Source: Candidatus Uhrbacteria bacterium
GTDB taxonomy: Bacteria; Patescibacteriota; Patescibacteriia; JACQRZ01
Assembly: GCA_016206155.1 (NCBI GenBank)
Contig: JACQSC010000004.1
Location: 75,699 to 139,698 of the forward strand
Reading direction: 5' to 3'
DNA: 64,000 nucleotides
Shown: positions 1 to 9,766 of the stretch, piece after piece
Numbering within the stretch: position 1 is the stretch's first letter
Layout: every line of letters starts with the position of its first letter
Notes under the pieces: generated by a model
Told to the model about the DNA's origin: nothing
The model's input: only the letters and a program-made list of their open reading frames with translations
Databases searched by the model: none
Made by a program: the position numbers and the translations under genes

Positions 1-962
1 CCAAGAATTTTTGTCGCAACGGCTTGCACTGGCGCAAGTACTTCTCCGCCCGGTTGTGGCGTGACAGCTTCCATTCCTGCAGGTCCTTCCGGGGCTTTAG
101 TTTGCTCTCCTGTGCCTGTCACTGTTTCTTTGCCTGTTGGAGAAACGGTTCCTTGAGCGGGTTGGGCCGTCTGTTCAGTCGTTGGAGGAGGAGAAGTCTG
201 TTTCTGGGGAGGAGGAGATGTCTGTTTCTGGGGAGGAGGTGCCTGCTCAGTCGCTGGAGGGGTCGCAATTTCAGCAGTAGACGGCGCCGTTTCCACTTCT
301 GCAGTTGTTCCGCTCGGGGTAGTAGAAGAAGATGTACTCGTCGAAGTCTGCGCTGGCGCCGCTGTAATACCCGATGGAACGGTTGCGCTTGCCGGTTCCG
401 GCATAGTGATGTTTGGATTTGCCAAAATTGCTATTGCAAACACCCGCGAATCGTTCGGCGTTCGAATTGAAGCCATGTGACTCCCTGCTGAGGCATTCGT
501 CATTTGTGCATCGCCCCCGCTTGCATTGGTACCAATGAGAATGCTAACCGTTGCTCCCGCAGAAATCGCTGCGCATGGAGATGTGCACGATGTTGGATAG
601 GTGAGAGTAAGAACACCGCCTGTAATTGTCGCCCCCCACGTGTTAGCAGCTGCGCTTGCTGCAAGCGTCTGGTCAACACCGCCATTAGAAAGGTCAACAT
701 CAGAAAAATTTACTGAACCGACATCTGAAACGACGTTACTCAAATTGACAACCATTGTTCCGGAACTCATGCCGCTTGTTGCGATGAAGGTAATGGCGTG
801 ATTCGATGCGGTACTTGCCTTCGGCGCGCTAAGCACATCGCGCACCTGATTGAGGGAGGCGCCACGCGCGGAATAAAATGAGGCAAAAAGAAAAGAAAGG
901 GCAAAAAAGATGAGGAGTGGCCCGAATGCTCTTACTGTTGACTGAATGCTATATGAATTCAT
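1..962 (-). CDS. secreted/cell-surface protein, incomplete (C-terminus beyond window start); hydrophobic signal/TM-like N-terminus and Pro/Thr-rich linker with tandem TSPPPQKQ repeats
   Basis: Minus-strand ATG at 962 overlaps the stop of the upstream gene (ATGA). The frame stays open to position 1. The N-terminus reads MNSYSIQSTVRAFGPLLIFFALSFLFASF. The ORF is missing from the track because it runs off the window; the plus-strand Arg-rich ORF 24..470 is its antisense. Confidence 0.5.
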   Translation of the reverse strand, partial: MNSYSIQSTVRAFGPLLIFFALSFLFASFYSARGASLNQVRDVLSAPKASTASNHAITFIATSGMSSGTMVVNLSNVVSDVGSVNFSDVDLSNGGVDQTLAASAAANTWGATITGGVLTLTYPTSCTSPCAAISAGATVSILIGTNASGGDAQMTNASAGSHMASIRTPNDSRVFAIAILANPNITMPEPASATVPSGITAAPAQTSTSTSSSTTPSGTTAEVETAPSTAEIATPPATEQAPPPQKQTSPPPQKQTSPPPTTEQTAQPAQGTVSPTGKETVTGTGEQTKAPEGPAGMEAVTPQPGGEVLAPVQAVATKIL

Positions 963-1870
963 TTTTTTAAAACGCGGATAAGAATCATGATACATGTAAG
1001 GACAGCGCTCAATGCGATAAACAAGGCGGTTATGACGGCTGTCCGCGAATATTCCGAGAATGCCGTTTCTGCCTTGAGAATCCCAGCTCCTTGGGCATCC
1101 ATGGTTAGCAGTGCACGATAGGTCCCAAATGCCCACGCACCTTCCCAACGTGCGAATAATGTGCGTGACGTTCCCGGAAGAATCCGTGTCTCAACACTGG
1201 CTCTACCGTCGACTCGTGATCGGAGAGGGAGTGTGGCAACCCTTTTGTTGAAGATATTGCGAATCTCAACTTTTCCCTCGGGCACGAAGTGATGCCCCCC
1301 TACGTTCTGAATGCTGACCTCAAAGAGCGTCGACTCAACCTTACGCGCCAACTCCTCGCTCTTGGCGCTAAATGAGACAATACGTGCTCCTTCCGAAACA
1401 TCCCCGCGGACAGTAATTGCGAGATTCACTCCGGGCTGTCCAGAAAGAGGAGCGGCGCTCAAAACAGACGAGCTTCCCCATGAGACAACACCATAATATC
1501 CTCCTGCAGAAATATCCGGTGGCGCGGAAACGCGAAGGGCAAGCTTTTTCTTCTCTCCGGGCGCCAGACTTTGCTCTGCGCCGTCAGGAAACGAAATCAT
1601 ACGGCTAAGCGGGGCATCGCGAGAAACGCTTTGAATCTGTGGAAATCCGCTCTCATCCGTTCCGGCAACCTGAAATAGCGTTGGTAAAACATTCACCCGG
1701 ATCCCTCCCTCATTGATAATCGTAATCTCCTTTTCCTGAACAGATCCCGGCGAAAGATCAAAGTCTATTACGACCGGCGAAACCGTAAGGGCATTAACAG
1801 AAGAGACGCCACCCAGCAGAAACGCAAAAACCAAAAAAATGAAAAAGAACTTTTTCATCGGCGTAACCAA
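959..1870 (-). CDS. hypothetical secreted protein with N-terminal signal peptide and C-terminal TM anchor
   Basis: 303 aa. N-terminal MKKFFFIFLVFAFLLGGVSSVNA signal-like segment; C-terminal hydrophobic helix followed by KK. Translationally coupled to the downstream gene. Confidence 0.6.
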   Translation of the reverse strand: MVTPMKKFFFIFLVFAFLLGGVSSVNALTVSPVVIDFDLSPGSVQEKEITIINEGGIRVNVLPTLFQVAGTDESGFPQIQSVSRDAPLSRMISFPDGAEQSLAPGEKKKLALRVSAPPDISAGGYYGVVSWGSSSVLSAAPLSGQPGVNLAITVRGDVSEGARIVSFSAKSEELARKVESTLFEVSIQNVGGHHFVPEGKVEIRNIFNKRVATLPLRSRVDGRASVETRILPGTSRTLFARWEGAWAFGTYRALLTMDAQGAGILKAETAFSEYSRTAVITALFIALSAVLTCIMILIRVLKK

Positions 1871-1982
1871 ATTGAGATCCCTCGGGGTACTCGGGATGAT
1901 TCTGTGGCCATTCCAACAGAGTCAGTTATCCACTTACACTTCTGAGTATATCATCTTTTAAAAAACTCGTGAACGTATTGTT

Positions 1983-2034
1983 GAAAATGGTGTCAGGAAT
2001 AGTTTTTGCAGAAACTATTCCTGACACCATTTTC
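1983..2034. terminator. intergenic perfect palindrome of the AAAATGGTGTCA family, positioned as the terminator of yraN
   Basis: GAAAATGGTGTCAGGAATAGTTTT...AAACTATTCCTGACACCATTTTC lies immediately 3' of the yraN stop on the minus strand. Confidence 0.55.
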
Positions 2035-2036
2035 AC

Positions 2037-2417
2037 TCAGTAAAGTGGCAATTCGACGTTTCTGATATGTCGAACAGAGCACCTGTCATCGCTCATGTCC
2101 AAATCGCAGGCTATAATATCAGCCCGAATATAGGTACGTTCAGAAACATGAGAGCGACGGACATATTCCTTTATGGCGCGGGCAAAAAAACGTGCCTTAA
2201 AAAAATCCACCCTCTCCTCGGGGTAGGCGCCTGCACTGTATGCTCGCGTTTTGACCTCTATGAATACCAACTCATCGCCGTGCCTTGCGATGATGTCAAT
2301 TTCTCCTCCGCGAACTCTGCAATTCCTCTCCAGAATAGTATAGCCGCCTGAAGCGAGATAGCGCACTGCCTCATCCTCCCCTCGCTTGCCAATCTCCAAA
2401 GCCGTTCGTCCGCTCAT
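2037..2417 (-). CDS. yraN: YraN/UPF0102 family endonuclease
   Basis: 126 aa with the GEDEAVRYL...GEIDIIA...LVFIEVKTR pattern typical of UPF0102. Confidence 0.75.
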   Translation of the reverse strand: MSGRTALEIGKRGEDEAVRYLASGGYTILERNCRVRGGEIDIIARHGDELVFIEVKTRAYSAGAYPEERVDFFKARFFARAIKEYVRRSHVSERTYIRADIIACDLDMSDDRCSVRHIRNVELPLY

Positions 2418-2839
2418 CTCTTTGTTTTTCGCGTAAAATACTTCTGCCGATGATCACGCTCCCTATCAGCATGCACAATATCCTGAACCCGATAACGCGC
2501 GTAATGAAAGATGCCATACGCCCAAATGACAAGGACAAGAAACCAAGCGGCAAGCCAAAACCGTGCCGAAAAGAAGGGAACGAGCTCGTAGCGCAGAAAA
2601 ACCCACACAAGCCCGAGCACACCAAGAGTGAGGCAGAGTGTCTCGACACGATGAAGCACCTTCTGCTGTGCCTTGTGCAGCCCGTGCACATATTGGCGCC
2701 CCATATACCGAAAAAGGATTTTAAAAATGATAAACGCTCCAAAGAAGACAATAAAAAAATAGAGGTAGGCGTCGCTCAGCTCGCCGGGTCCCGGATTAAG
2801 CCAATAGGAAATATCGACAAGTTTTAAAAAATCAACCAT
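2414..2839 (-). CDS. hypothetical integral membrane protein
   Basis: 141 aa with several hydrophobic helices; 4-nt ATGA overlap with yraN. Confidence 0.5.
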   Translation of the reverse strand: MVDFLKLVDISYWLNPGPGELSDAYLYFFIVFFGAFIIFKILFRYMGRQYVHGLHKAQQKVLHRVETLCLTLGVLGLVWVFLRYELVPFFSARFWLAAWFLVLVIWAYGIFHYARYRVQDIVHADRERDHRQKYFTRKTKR

Positions 2840-2903
2840 ACAGAACTGCGATCATCATGAATGATTATGAATCATAGCAAACCGCTCCGCTCCTCGTCAA
2901 CTG

Positions 2904-3461
2904 CTATTTTTTCAAGATAAGCGCGTAATGGTAATCGCCCACATCAAAAACACGCTCTTCCTTGAGCCCAAGCCGCTGAGCGATTTTCCCTGCCTGATCT
3001 GCGGAGATTCTCAGCTCATCAGGTGGCCCAAATGGCGCTTTGAAGTGCTTCCAGTCAACAACAACAAGCTCGCCGCCCTCTTTCAGCATGCGTGCAGCCT
3101 CGCTGAGTATTGCCTCATGATTTTTATTCTGAAATAGGACGTTGGCAAGAATAGCAATATCGCACGATCCATCAGGAACCTCCGCAGCGCCAATATCCTC
3201 CAGGTTGCTCCATACAATCTTAACATTCGTAATATGCTGAAGCTTCAGCGACGAATCAAGCGAACTGAGTACTTTTTTCTGGATATCGACTGCGTAAACC
3301 ATGCCACTCGATCCGACAAGGGCAGCAGTTGGGGCAACAAAGTGACCACTTCCACCACACCCAAGGTCAGCGACGACATTTCCCGGACCAATACCAATTT
3401 TCTTAATGAGATCTGGCACGTCAATAAGCGCTGTTCCACCTTTTAATAATGGGATTACCAT
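2904..3461 (-). CDS. class I SAM-dependent methyltransferase
   Basis: VADLGCGGSGHF motif I and an acidic motif II (VYAVDI). Confidence 0.75.
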   Translation of the reverse strand: MVIPLLKGGTALIDVPDLIKKIGIGPGNVVADLGCGGSGHFVAPTAALVGSSGMVYAVDIQKKVLSSLDSSLKLQHITNVKIVWSNLEDIGAAEVPDGSCDIAILANVLFQNKNHEAILSEAARMLKEGGELVVVDWKHFKAPFGPPDELRISADQAGKIAQRLGLKEERVFDVGDYHYALILKK

Positions 3462-3691
3462 AGATTATCAGTAAAAATTTGTTATATTTCGACAAACACT
3501 AACTTGCCGACTTACATTTTAAACTCGGCTAGCTAGTTTTTTTGTACCCTTTTTCGCCTATTTAACGGTGTATCTCTTCTTTTTGAGCTATTTTATCTCA
3601 TTTTTTATTTTCGCTCATGAAATTCTCCATGGTGGTATATTTTTGTTAATCCAATTATATCACACCGACTTTGGTCCTCCTGTGTATAACT

Positions 3692-4057
3692 TTATACCCC
3701 TATTCCGTCAATCTTCAGACAATATCGTTCTTGATACTGCTCACCCGTACAGCAATCTCTGACCATGATCAGCCTCTTGATCCTCTTTGCGATAACCTTG
3801 AGTCCACGTATCGCTGCCCTTTGTATGCCTATTTTATCGATAGTTTCCCAAGAAACGAACGAAAAGCAAAAAGTTGAGTTTTTTCTCAAAAATGCAGCTG
3901 AACGCTCTCTCTGGGGCCTGCTAAGCACCTTAGAATCGCGTATAGGAACAGATAGAGGAATCGTGACCCCCTCCGCCAGCAAGAGAGCACAAAAAACCAA
4001 TGGTCCGGCCCAAGACCCTCTCCCAACCTCGTCACTGCCAACATCTACTATGCGCAT
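3692..4057 (-). pseudogene. rnhB: ribonuclease HII N-terminal fragment (about 120 aa; apparently truncated)
   Basis: MRIVDVGSDEVGRGSWAGPLV and RDSKVLS motifs match RNase HII (GxDE(A/V)GRG...AGP and DSKKLS). The frame ends after ...KIDGIGV and no C-terminal half is found in any frame downstream. The ORF-track N-terminal extension up to 4234 is spurious. Confidence 0.45.
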
Positions 4058-4404
4058 ATAGGCTCTTATTATAGTCTTCTTCCTCCAGCCGCCCTGACCA
4101 AGATGCTGGCGGTTTGCGTGCACGGGTAATGGCTGGCGCCTAGCCACCCAGCCCTTCTCCGAAGGCCTATGGAGAAGTGAGCTAAAAAGATGTGTTACGC
4201 ATTGGGCTTTTGGCGCCCTGAATATTCGCCACATTTGCGGACAAAGAAGTCAGAGGTTCTGCCAGACAGACGGAAAGCCCTGCTTTCGGTTTCCGTTGTT
4301 ACGGAAGATTGACATGGTTGTCGTCCTGCGTTTATTTGCAACCAACAACCTTTATGCGGTTGCTCATTGATCGGTGACCGCTTTTACTTTTATTTAAATC
4401 ACAA

Positions 4405-4478
4405 TGGGCCAGGTGGGACTCGAACCCACGACCGCGTCGTTATAAGCGACGTGCTCTAACCAGCTGAGCTACTGGCCC
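4405..4478 (-). tRNA. tRNA-Ile, anticodon UAU, no encoded CCA
   Basis: Cloverleaf folds as gggccag/ctggccc acceptor, gctc/gagc D stem, anticodon loop CUUAUAA and GGTTCGAGTCC T arm. Confidence 0.7.
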
Positions 4479-4850
4479 AATAAATGCCTCATTGGCACTT
4501 AATATAGTGAAGTGCCAATTCTTATCAACTTGCTATAATTTAAAAAAATAGATTGGCTATTACTGTAGGTATGATGATGGACAATATCATCTGTCCTAGC
4601 GCCATCCCTGTGTGAATGCGACGGCTTATGGGAATGTGGCGGCTTAATTTTCCTTGCAGCAAAGTCCATACTGTGCTATAATTATACCATAAGATGTGTC
4701 TGCTGTACAGCGCAGTCACTATGTTTGTGTTATACCTTCCTATAACCGATAGCCTTGAGGATATGCTTGCTAGAGAACGGCCGCACAGAGCGGTCTTGAA
4801 AGGCGAAGGGGGCATTCGTACGTTGAGAAAGCTTAGCTCGGCAGTTTGGT

Positions 4851-7523
4851 ATGAATGAATTGGCGAAGACATACGAAGCATCGCAACACGAGGATGCGAT
4901 CTATCACGCATGGGAGGCGTCGGGATTTTTTAATCCCGATAATCTGTCGCGCGCAAAGGAGCCGTTTAGCATTGCCATTCCGCCGCCCAATGCGACAGGT
5001 ACGCTCCACATGGGGCATACGATGTTTCTCACGTTACAGGATCTCATGACGCGGTTTGCCCGCATGCGCGGAAAAAAAGCGCTCTGGCTTCCGGGCACTG
5101 ACCACGCATCAATCGCTACACAAAACAAAGTTGAAAAACTGCTCGCGAAGGAGGGAAAAACGCGCCACGACATGAGCCGCGATGAGTTTGTCGGGCGCAT
5201 CGATGATTATGTCGCGCAATCGCGCTCAACCATTCGCAATCAGATTCGAAAAATGGGCTCGAGCTGTGATTGGAGCCGAGAGCGCTACACGCTCGACGTC
5301 GGACTTTCTCACGCTGTGACAGAGATGTTTGTCCGCATGTATGGCGATGGGCTAATCTATCGCGGAAATCGCATCGTCAACTGGTGTCCCCGATGCAAAT
5401 CAACGCTAGCCGATGATGAGGTGAAGTACAGACCGGAGAAGACCCCTTTCTATTATTTCAAATACGGCCCTGTTGTCATCGGAACCGCCCGTCCTGAGAC
5501 AAAATTTTTAGACAAAACGATTGTCGTCCATCCCGACGATGGCCGTTATAAGGAACTCGTTGGGAAGGAGTTTGACGTAGAATGGATTGAGGGACCCATC
5601 CGCGCCCATGTGATTGCTGATGCAATTGCGGACAAAGAGTTTGGTACCGGCGCCATGACGATTACCCCCGGCCATAGCTTTGAAGACTTTGAGCTCGCAG
5701 GGAAGTATCATCTCCCGGTCGAAAAAATTATTGACGAGAATGGTAACCTCACAGAACACGCGGGATCATTTGCGCTGCGAAATGCGCGCGATAGCCGCGC
5801 CGCCATTGTGAAAAAGCTCCAAGAAAAAAATCTTGTTGACCATGTCGACGAGAACTACGAGCATAATCTTTCTGTCTGCTATCGCTGCGACACGCCCGTG
5901 GAACCACTCCCGTCGCTCCAATGGTTCATTGCGGTCAATAAAAAAATCGAAAAACGGGGAAAGTCACTCAAGGAGCTTGCGAGCGAGGCAGTGAGTTCGG
6001 GACGCATTACCATTCTGCCAAAACGCTTCGACAAGATCTATTTCTCGTGGATGAACGGTTTGCGCGATTGGTGCATCTCTCGCCAAATTGTCTTTGGCCA
6101 CCGCATGCCGGTATATTATTGCGAAAAAGAGCAAGGGGGGTGCGGGGAGGTGATCGTTTCTGGAGAACCGCCGACAGAGTGCGCCAAGTGCAAACACACA
6201 AATGTGCGCCACGATGAGGATACGCTCGACACCTGGTTCTCCGCAGCGCTCTGGACATTTTCAACCCTTGGTTGGCCGGAGAATGTTGAAGATAAAAACG
6301 GAAAAATTAAAAAGAAGGGAGACCTCGCAACATTCCATCCGACAACGGTAATGGAGACAGGGTATGACATTATCTTCTTCTGGGTTGCGCGCATGATCAT
6401 CATGTCTGAGTACGCGCTTCATGAGGAGCCCTTCAAAACCGTGTATCTCCACGGCCTTGTTCTTGACGAGAACAGAAAAAAGATGAGCAAATCGCGCGAA
6501 GAGACGCAGATAGATCCGCTCGACATGATCCCGCAGTATGGCGCCGACGCCCTGCGTATGAGCATGCTTGTCGGCGTTACTCCCGGCAACGACTTATTCA
6601 TAAGCAAGGAAAAAATTGCCGGCTATCGCAACTTCGTCAACAAACTCTGGAATGTCAGCCGTTTCATTCTCCAGTTTTCACATGATGAAAGTGAAAAAAA
6701 ACATCCGCTCACGCTTGCCGACCGATGGATCTTTTCGCGGCTTGCTTCAACCATTTCCCGCATTACCAACCACATTGAGGCGTTTCAATTCTCCCGCGCG
6801 GCAGAGGAACTGCGTCGGTTCACCTGGGACGAAGTTGCCGATTGGTATCTCGAGGTGGCGAAGATAGAAAAGAACAAGCGACAACATCTCTTGCGGATGC
6901 TCGAACATCTTCTTGCGTTATGGCATCCCTTTACGCCATTTGTCACCGAGGTTGTCTACCAACACATGCGCAAAACGACCCATCCTCATTTTATCTCTCT
7001 GATGATTCACTCGTGGCCCTCGGCTGACAAAAAAATGATTGACGAGAAGAGCGAACGCGCGTTCTCGATCGTTCAGGAAATGATCCGCCAGATACGAAAT
7101 GCGCGGCAAGAACACGCGATTCCGCCGTCCCAAAAAATCCAATGTTGGTTTCAGACAAAAAATTCTGAGACGCTCATTGCGGACAATGCGGAGATTGTCA
7201 TGCGCCTCGGCAGGATCGATATGCTCAAAAAGCTGGAGTCCGACGAGAAGCCGCACAACGCTGTTTTTCTAAAAATCTCAGATGACCTTGACGTCTATCT
7301 GCCACTGGGCATGAAGCCACGCGAGGAAGAGCGAGGCTTTATCGAAAAGGAGATTGCAATGCTTGGAGGCCTCATTCAAGACATCAATCAGCGCCTCACA
7401 AACAATGAGTTCTTGACGGGCGCGCCAAAACATATCCTTGAGGCTGAGACAAAAAAACGAAACGATTATCTCGGCAAAATAGAAAAACTCGAAGAGCAGC
7501 TCAAAAAAATATCTAACTCTTAA
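4851..7523 (+). CDS. valS: valyl-tRNA synthetase
   Basis: PPPNATGTLHMGH (HIGH motif) and KMSKS; 890 aa with editing and anticodon-binding architecture. Confidence 0.95.
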   Translation: MNELAKTYEASQHEDAIYHAWEASGFFNPDNLSRAKEPFSIAIPPPNATGTLHMGHTMFLTLQDLMTRFARMRGKKALWLPGTDHASIATQNKVEKLLAKEGKTRHDMSRDEFVGRIDDYVAQSRSTIRNQIRKMGSSCDWSRERYTLDVGLSHAVTEMFVRMYGDGLIYRGNRIVNWCPRCKSTLADDEVKYRPEKTPFYYFKYGPVVIGTARPETKFLDKTIVVHPDDGRYKELVGKEFDVEWIEGPIRAHVIADAIADKEFGTGAMTITPGHSFEDFELAGKYHLPVEKIIDENGNLTEHAGSFALRNARDSRAAIVKKLQEKNLVDHVDENYEHNLSVCYRCDTPVEPLPSLQWFIAVNKKIEKRGKSLKELASEAVSSGRITILPKRFDKIYFSWMNGLRDWCISRQIVFGHRMPVYYCEKEQGGCGEVIVSGEPPTECAKCKHTNVRHDEDTLDTWFSAALWTFSTLGWPENVEDKNGKIKKKGDLATFHPTTVMETGYDIIFFWVARMIIMSEYALHEEPFKTVYLHGLVLDENRKKMSKSREETQIDPLDMIPQYGADALRMSMLVGVTPGNDLFISKEKIAGYRNFVNKLWNVSRFILQFSHDESEKKHPLTLADRWIFSRLASTISRITNHIEAFQFSRAAEELRRFTWDEVADWYLEVAKIEKNKRQHLLRMLEHLLALWHPFTPFVTEVVYQHMRKTTHPHFISLMIHSWPSADKKMIDEKSERAFSIVQEMIRQIRNARQEHAIPPSQKIQCWFQTKNSETLIADNAEIVMRLGRIDMLKKLESDEKPHNAVFLKISDDLDVYLPLGMKPREEERGFIEKEIAMLGGLIQDINQRLTNNEFLTGAPKHILEAETKKRNDYLGKIEKLEEQLKKISNS

Positions 7524-7729
7524 ATGAATCTGCCGGTACTCCTCCCAAGCCTTGCCGTCACCGAACGGCGTTTGCACGACACCGGACGCAAAGGTGGATA
7601 ACAAATACGGCCCCAATCCCAAGGGCGATTCTGCGCCAAGCGCCACGCCCAAAACCCCGACACCTGCCCCCGTGCAGTAAGCGTTATTAAAAAAGCAGAG
7701 CGCCGAGTGGGAGTGCCATCCGACGCTTA

Positions 7730-8014
7730 TTAATTCTCCTTTCTCCTGGCGCGAGGCATGTAGCCACGCGCCTCGAGCTCTTGGATATCAAGGGGCCCAA
7801 GAAATTGGGTCCCCTTGACGCAGAGTCGGTCCGTCTCCCGGCGGCGGAGTTCCGCCGTGGAGAAGGACCGCTCCGGCGGTCCTATGTGTCTCGGCCGCTC
7901 GTAGAGCAGCGACACGCGCTCCGCCCCCTCGCCGGAGGGGGGCGGAAATTCTTCTCGCGCGTCCTTCCGTGGTCGCGCGAAAAACTTTTTGATCTGCCCG
8001 AGCAGATCTAGCAT
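7730..8014 (-). CDS. hypothetical small Arg/Glu-rich protein (94 aa) with a strong Shine-Dalgarno sequence
   Basis: AGGAAGGAGGGG lies 3 nt upstream of ATG(8014). The track ORF reaches 8086 through the palindromic element, so the inner start is preferred. Confidence 0.4.
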   Translation of the reverse strand: MLDLLGQIKKFFARPRKDAREEFPPPSGEGAERVSLLYERPRHIGPPERSFSTAELRRRETDRLCVKGTQFLGPLDIQELEARGYMPRARRKEN

Positions 8015-8064
8015 GCGCCCCTCCTTCCTTTGTAGCCGCGCTGATGGAGCAATGATATACTTTC

Positions 8065-8131
8065 GAAAAATGGTGTCAACTCTCATTTAACGTAAATGAG
8101 AATTGACACCATTTTTTGTGACACCATTTTC
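8065..8131. repeat. AAAATGGTGTCA-family nested palindrome in a divergent intergenic region
   Basis: GAAAAATGGTGTCAA...TTGACACCATTTTT with an inner palindrome TCTCATTTAACGTAAATGAGA and an extra half-copy TGTGACACCATTTTC. Confidence 0.55.
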
Positions 8132-8279
8132 TGACATTGATCGCAGATTCACAAGTCAAACCGGGAGCAAAGCGCATAAAAGGGGTCTGACTCCTTTTAT
8201 CCGGGACTGGTCATATATATGTTATTGCCAGTCGTGTATCTGCCTGTTACAATACACATACTATTCATAACGTGCAAAT

Positions 8280-9662
8280 GTGGTGCGCGGCGAAACTCAT
8301 TTCCTTGAACAAAAAGTGGAACCAGCGAGACTAGATTCGTTATTTGATCGTATCAAAAAACTTGGTATGCCGTTAGCATTTCTTGTAACCACAGGGTGTC
8401 ATCCGTCGCCGGTTTCGCCAAAAGTTGAAACGCCGACCTCACTAGAACAGCAAGAAAAAATGATTGAAATTCCGGTTCGTCAGAATATATATGAAGAACC
8501 GGCGCTTGATATATTTTCTTCAGCACCGGAAACAGAGGAGGCGCGCGCATATCAAAGCGCTGTATTTAAATATCTTACTACTCACACAGATTATCAAAAA
8601 ATGAAAGACGGGAATATCATATTCAAAAAAGATATTACTGACCCGGATAAAGAGAACGTATCGCATCTTAATCCTCAAGCTCTTTCTCTGTCTATCACGT
8701 GCATAGCCCACACACTTCGACAAAATATGAGTGTTCCGCCGTGGGAGTTGCCCGACATGCTTCCGAAAATCCAGAAGGAATTTGGCATACCGGATTCTGG
8801 GGGAGTATTAAATGAACAGACGCTCCATGCGCTGGATGCCGCATGGAAACCGCTTGAAGATAGGTATCGCGAGTCAAATCAGAGATGGAAAGAGCTATGT
8901 AAAAATGTAAACATTGAATCTCGCGTTAAAGGCACTACCGGCGTTCCGTTTCTTGACGCATTAGTTGTCTTGAGAAATAGATCGTATCAAGAAAAACTTA
9001 TGCAAAAAATTCCGGATCATTTGAGAAAATATTCCGCCGGCGAAGGTAATACATTTTTATATCAAAAGAATGAATCTCCTTTTTGGCTTACTGTTTTTTC
9101 CGACGAAAAAAGTACGCATAATTTTTTTATCCATGAGCTTGGTCATAATATATTCGGCTTTGGTCTGCAGGGAGGAAAAAATAAAACAATAAATAAAAGA
9201 TTTCCCGGTGGCGCGTACGGCGACTCTGCCGAGAGGAGCGCAGATCTCGCGCCATTTTTTGCGGCAGTATTTGGCGGAAGAAAAATTCCCGCATCGTATG
9301 TGGATAACGATCTCTCGAGCGGCGTTATTCTTCGATATGAAGATAGCCCCATGAATGAGTTTGATGAGATCTCGTGGAATTTTCTTGTGACGCCAAAACA
9401 GACAGGGCTGAAAGGAAAGTATTTCGTGGGTGATGGTATTGAAAAGACCGCGCGAGATGGGTTTGCGTCCGGCTATGCGACATCAAACTCCATGGAGGAT
9501 GAGGCGGAAACATTTACTACGGTTTTTCTCTATCCGGATCGTGTTGCAAAAGCCATGGGGCTTGCAGGCGCCGACTCCGACATTGCAAAAAAGTTTGCGT
9601 TTATGAAAAAAGTTTTGGATAAAGATATCTTTGCCGCGTGGCAGGAGAAATATAATTTTTAA
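8280..9662 (+). CDS. putative lipoprotein zinc metallopeptidase (HEXXH)
   Basis: LAFLVTTGC lipobox-like segment and a FIHELGHNIFG zinc-binding motif. The true start may be the internal Met near 8367. Confidence 0.55.
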   Translation: MVRGETHFLEQKVEPARLDSLFDRIKKLGMPLAFLVTTGCHPSPVSPKVETPTSLEQQEKMIEIPVRQNIYEEPALDIFSSAPETEEARAYQSAVFKYLTTHTDYQKMKDGNIIFKKDITDPDKENVSHLNPQALSLSITCIAHTLRQNMSVPPWELPDMLPKIQKEFGIPDSGGVLNEQTLHALDAAWKPLEDRYRESNQRWKELCKNVNIESRVKGTTGVPFLDALVVLRNRSYQEKLMQKIPDHLRKYSAGEGNTFLYQKNESPFWLTVFSDEKSTHNFFIHELGHNIFGFGLQGGKNKTINKRFPGGAYGDSAERSADLAPFFAAVFGGRKIPASYVDNDLSSGVILRYEDSPMNEFDEISWNFLVTPKQTGLKGKYFVGDGIEKTARDGFASGYATSNSMEDEAETFTTVFLYPDRVAKAMGLAGADSDIAKKFAFMKKVLDKDIFAAWQEKYNF

Positions 9663-9712
9663 AAACAATTTCCACCACTGCAAAAGATGAGATACATCGG
9701 GGGAAAAATGTG

Positions 9713-9766
9713 GAAAAATGGTGTCAAGTCCGAATTTTGTAAAATTCGGACTTGACACCATTTTTC
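9713..9766. terminator. AAAATGGTGTCA-family palindrome, positioned as the terminator of the 8280 gene
   Basis: GAAAAATGGTGTCAAGTCCGAATTTTGTAAAATTCGGACTTGACACCATTTTTC, followed by a partial extra arm. Confidence 0.55.

Noticed and set aside
24-470. Plus-strand 148-aa Arg/Cys-rich ORF
   Set aside because: Antisense of a long open minus-strand frame encoding a plausible secreted Thr/Pro-rich protein (1..962). Its composition is typical of an antisense artefact.
4058-4234. N-terminal 59-residue extension of the RNase HII ORF in the track
   Set aside because: Lies in the GC-rich non-coding segment. RNase HII homology begins only at the internal Met (4057).
4480-4850. T-box or promoter assignment for the 370-nt valS leader (TATAAT at about 4525)
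   Set aside because: A TGcTATAAT-like box exists, but no convincing -35 element or T-box/specifier/antiterminator motifs were identified by eye. Left unannotated.
7278-7652. 124-aa minus-strand ORF
   Set aside because: Mostly antisense to the valS 3' end, with no supporting features.
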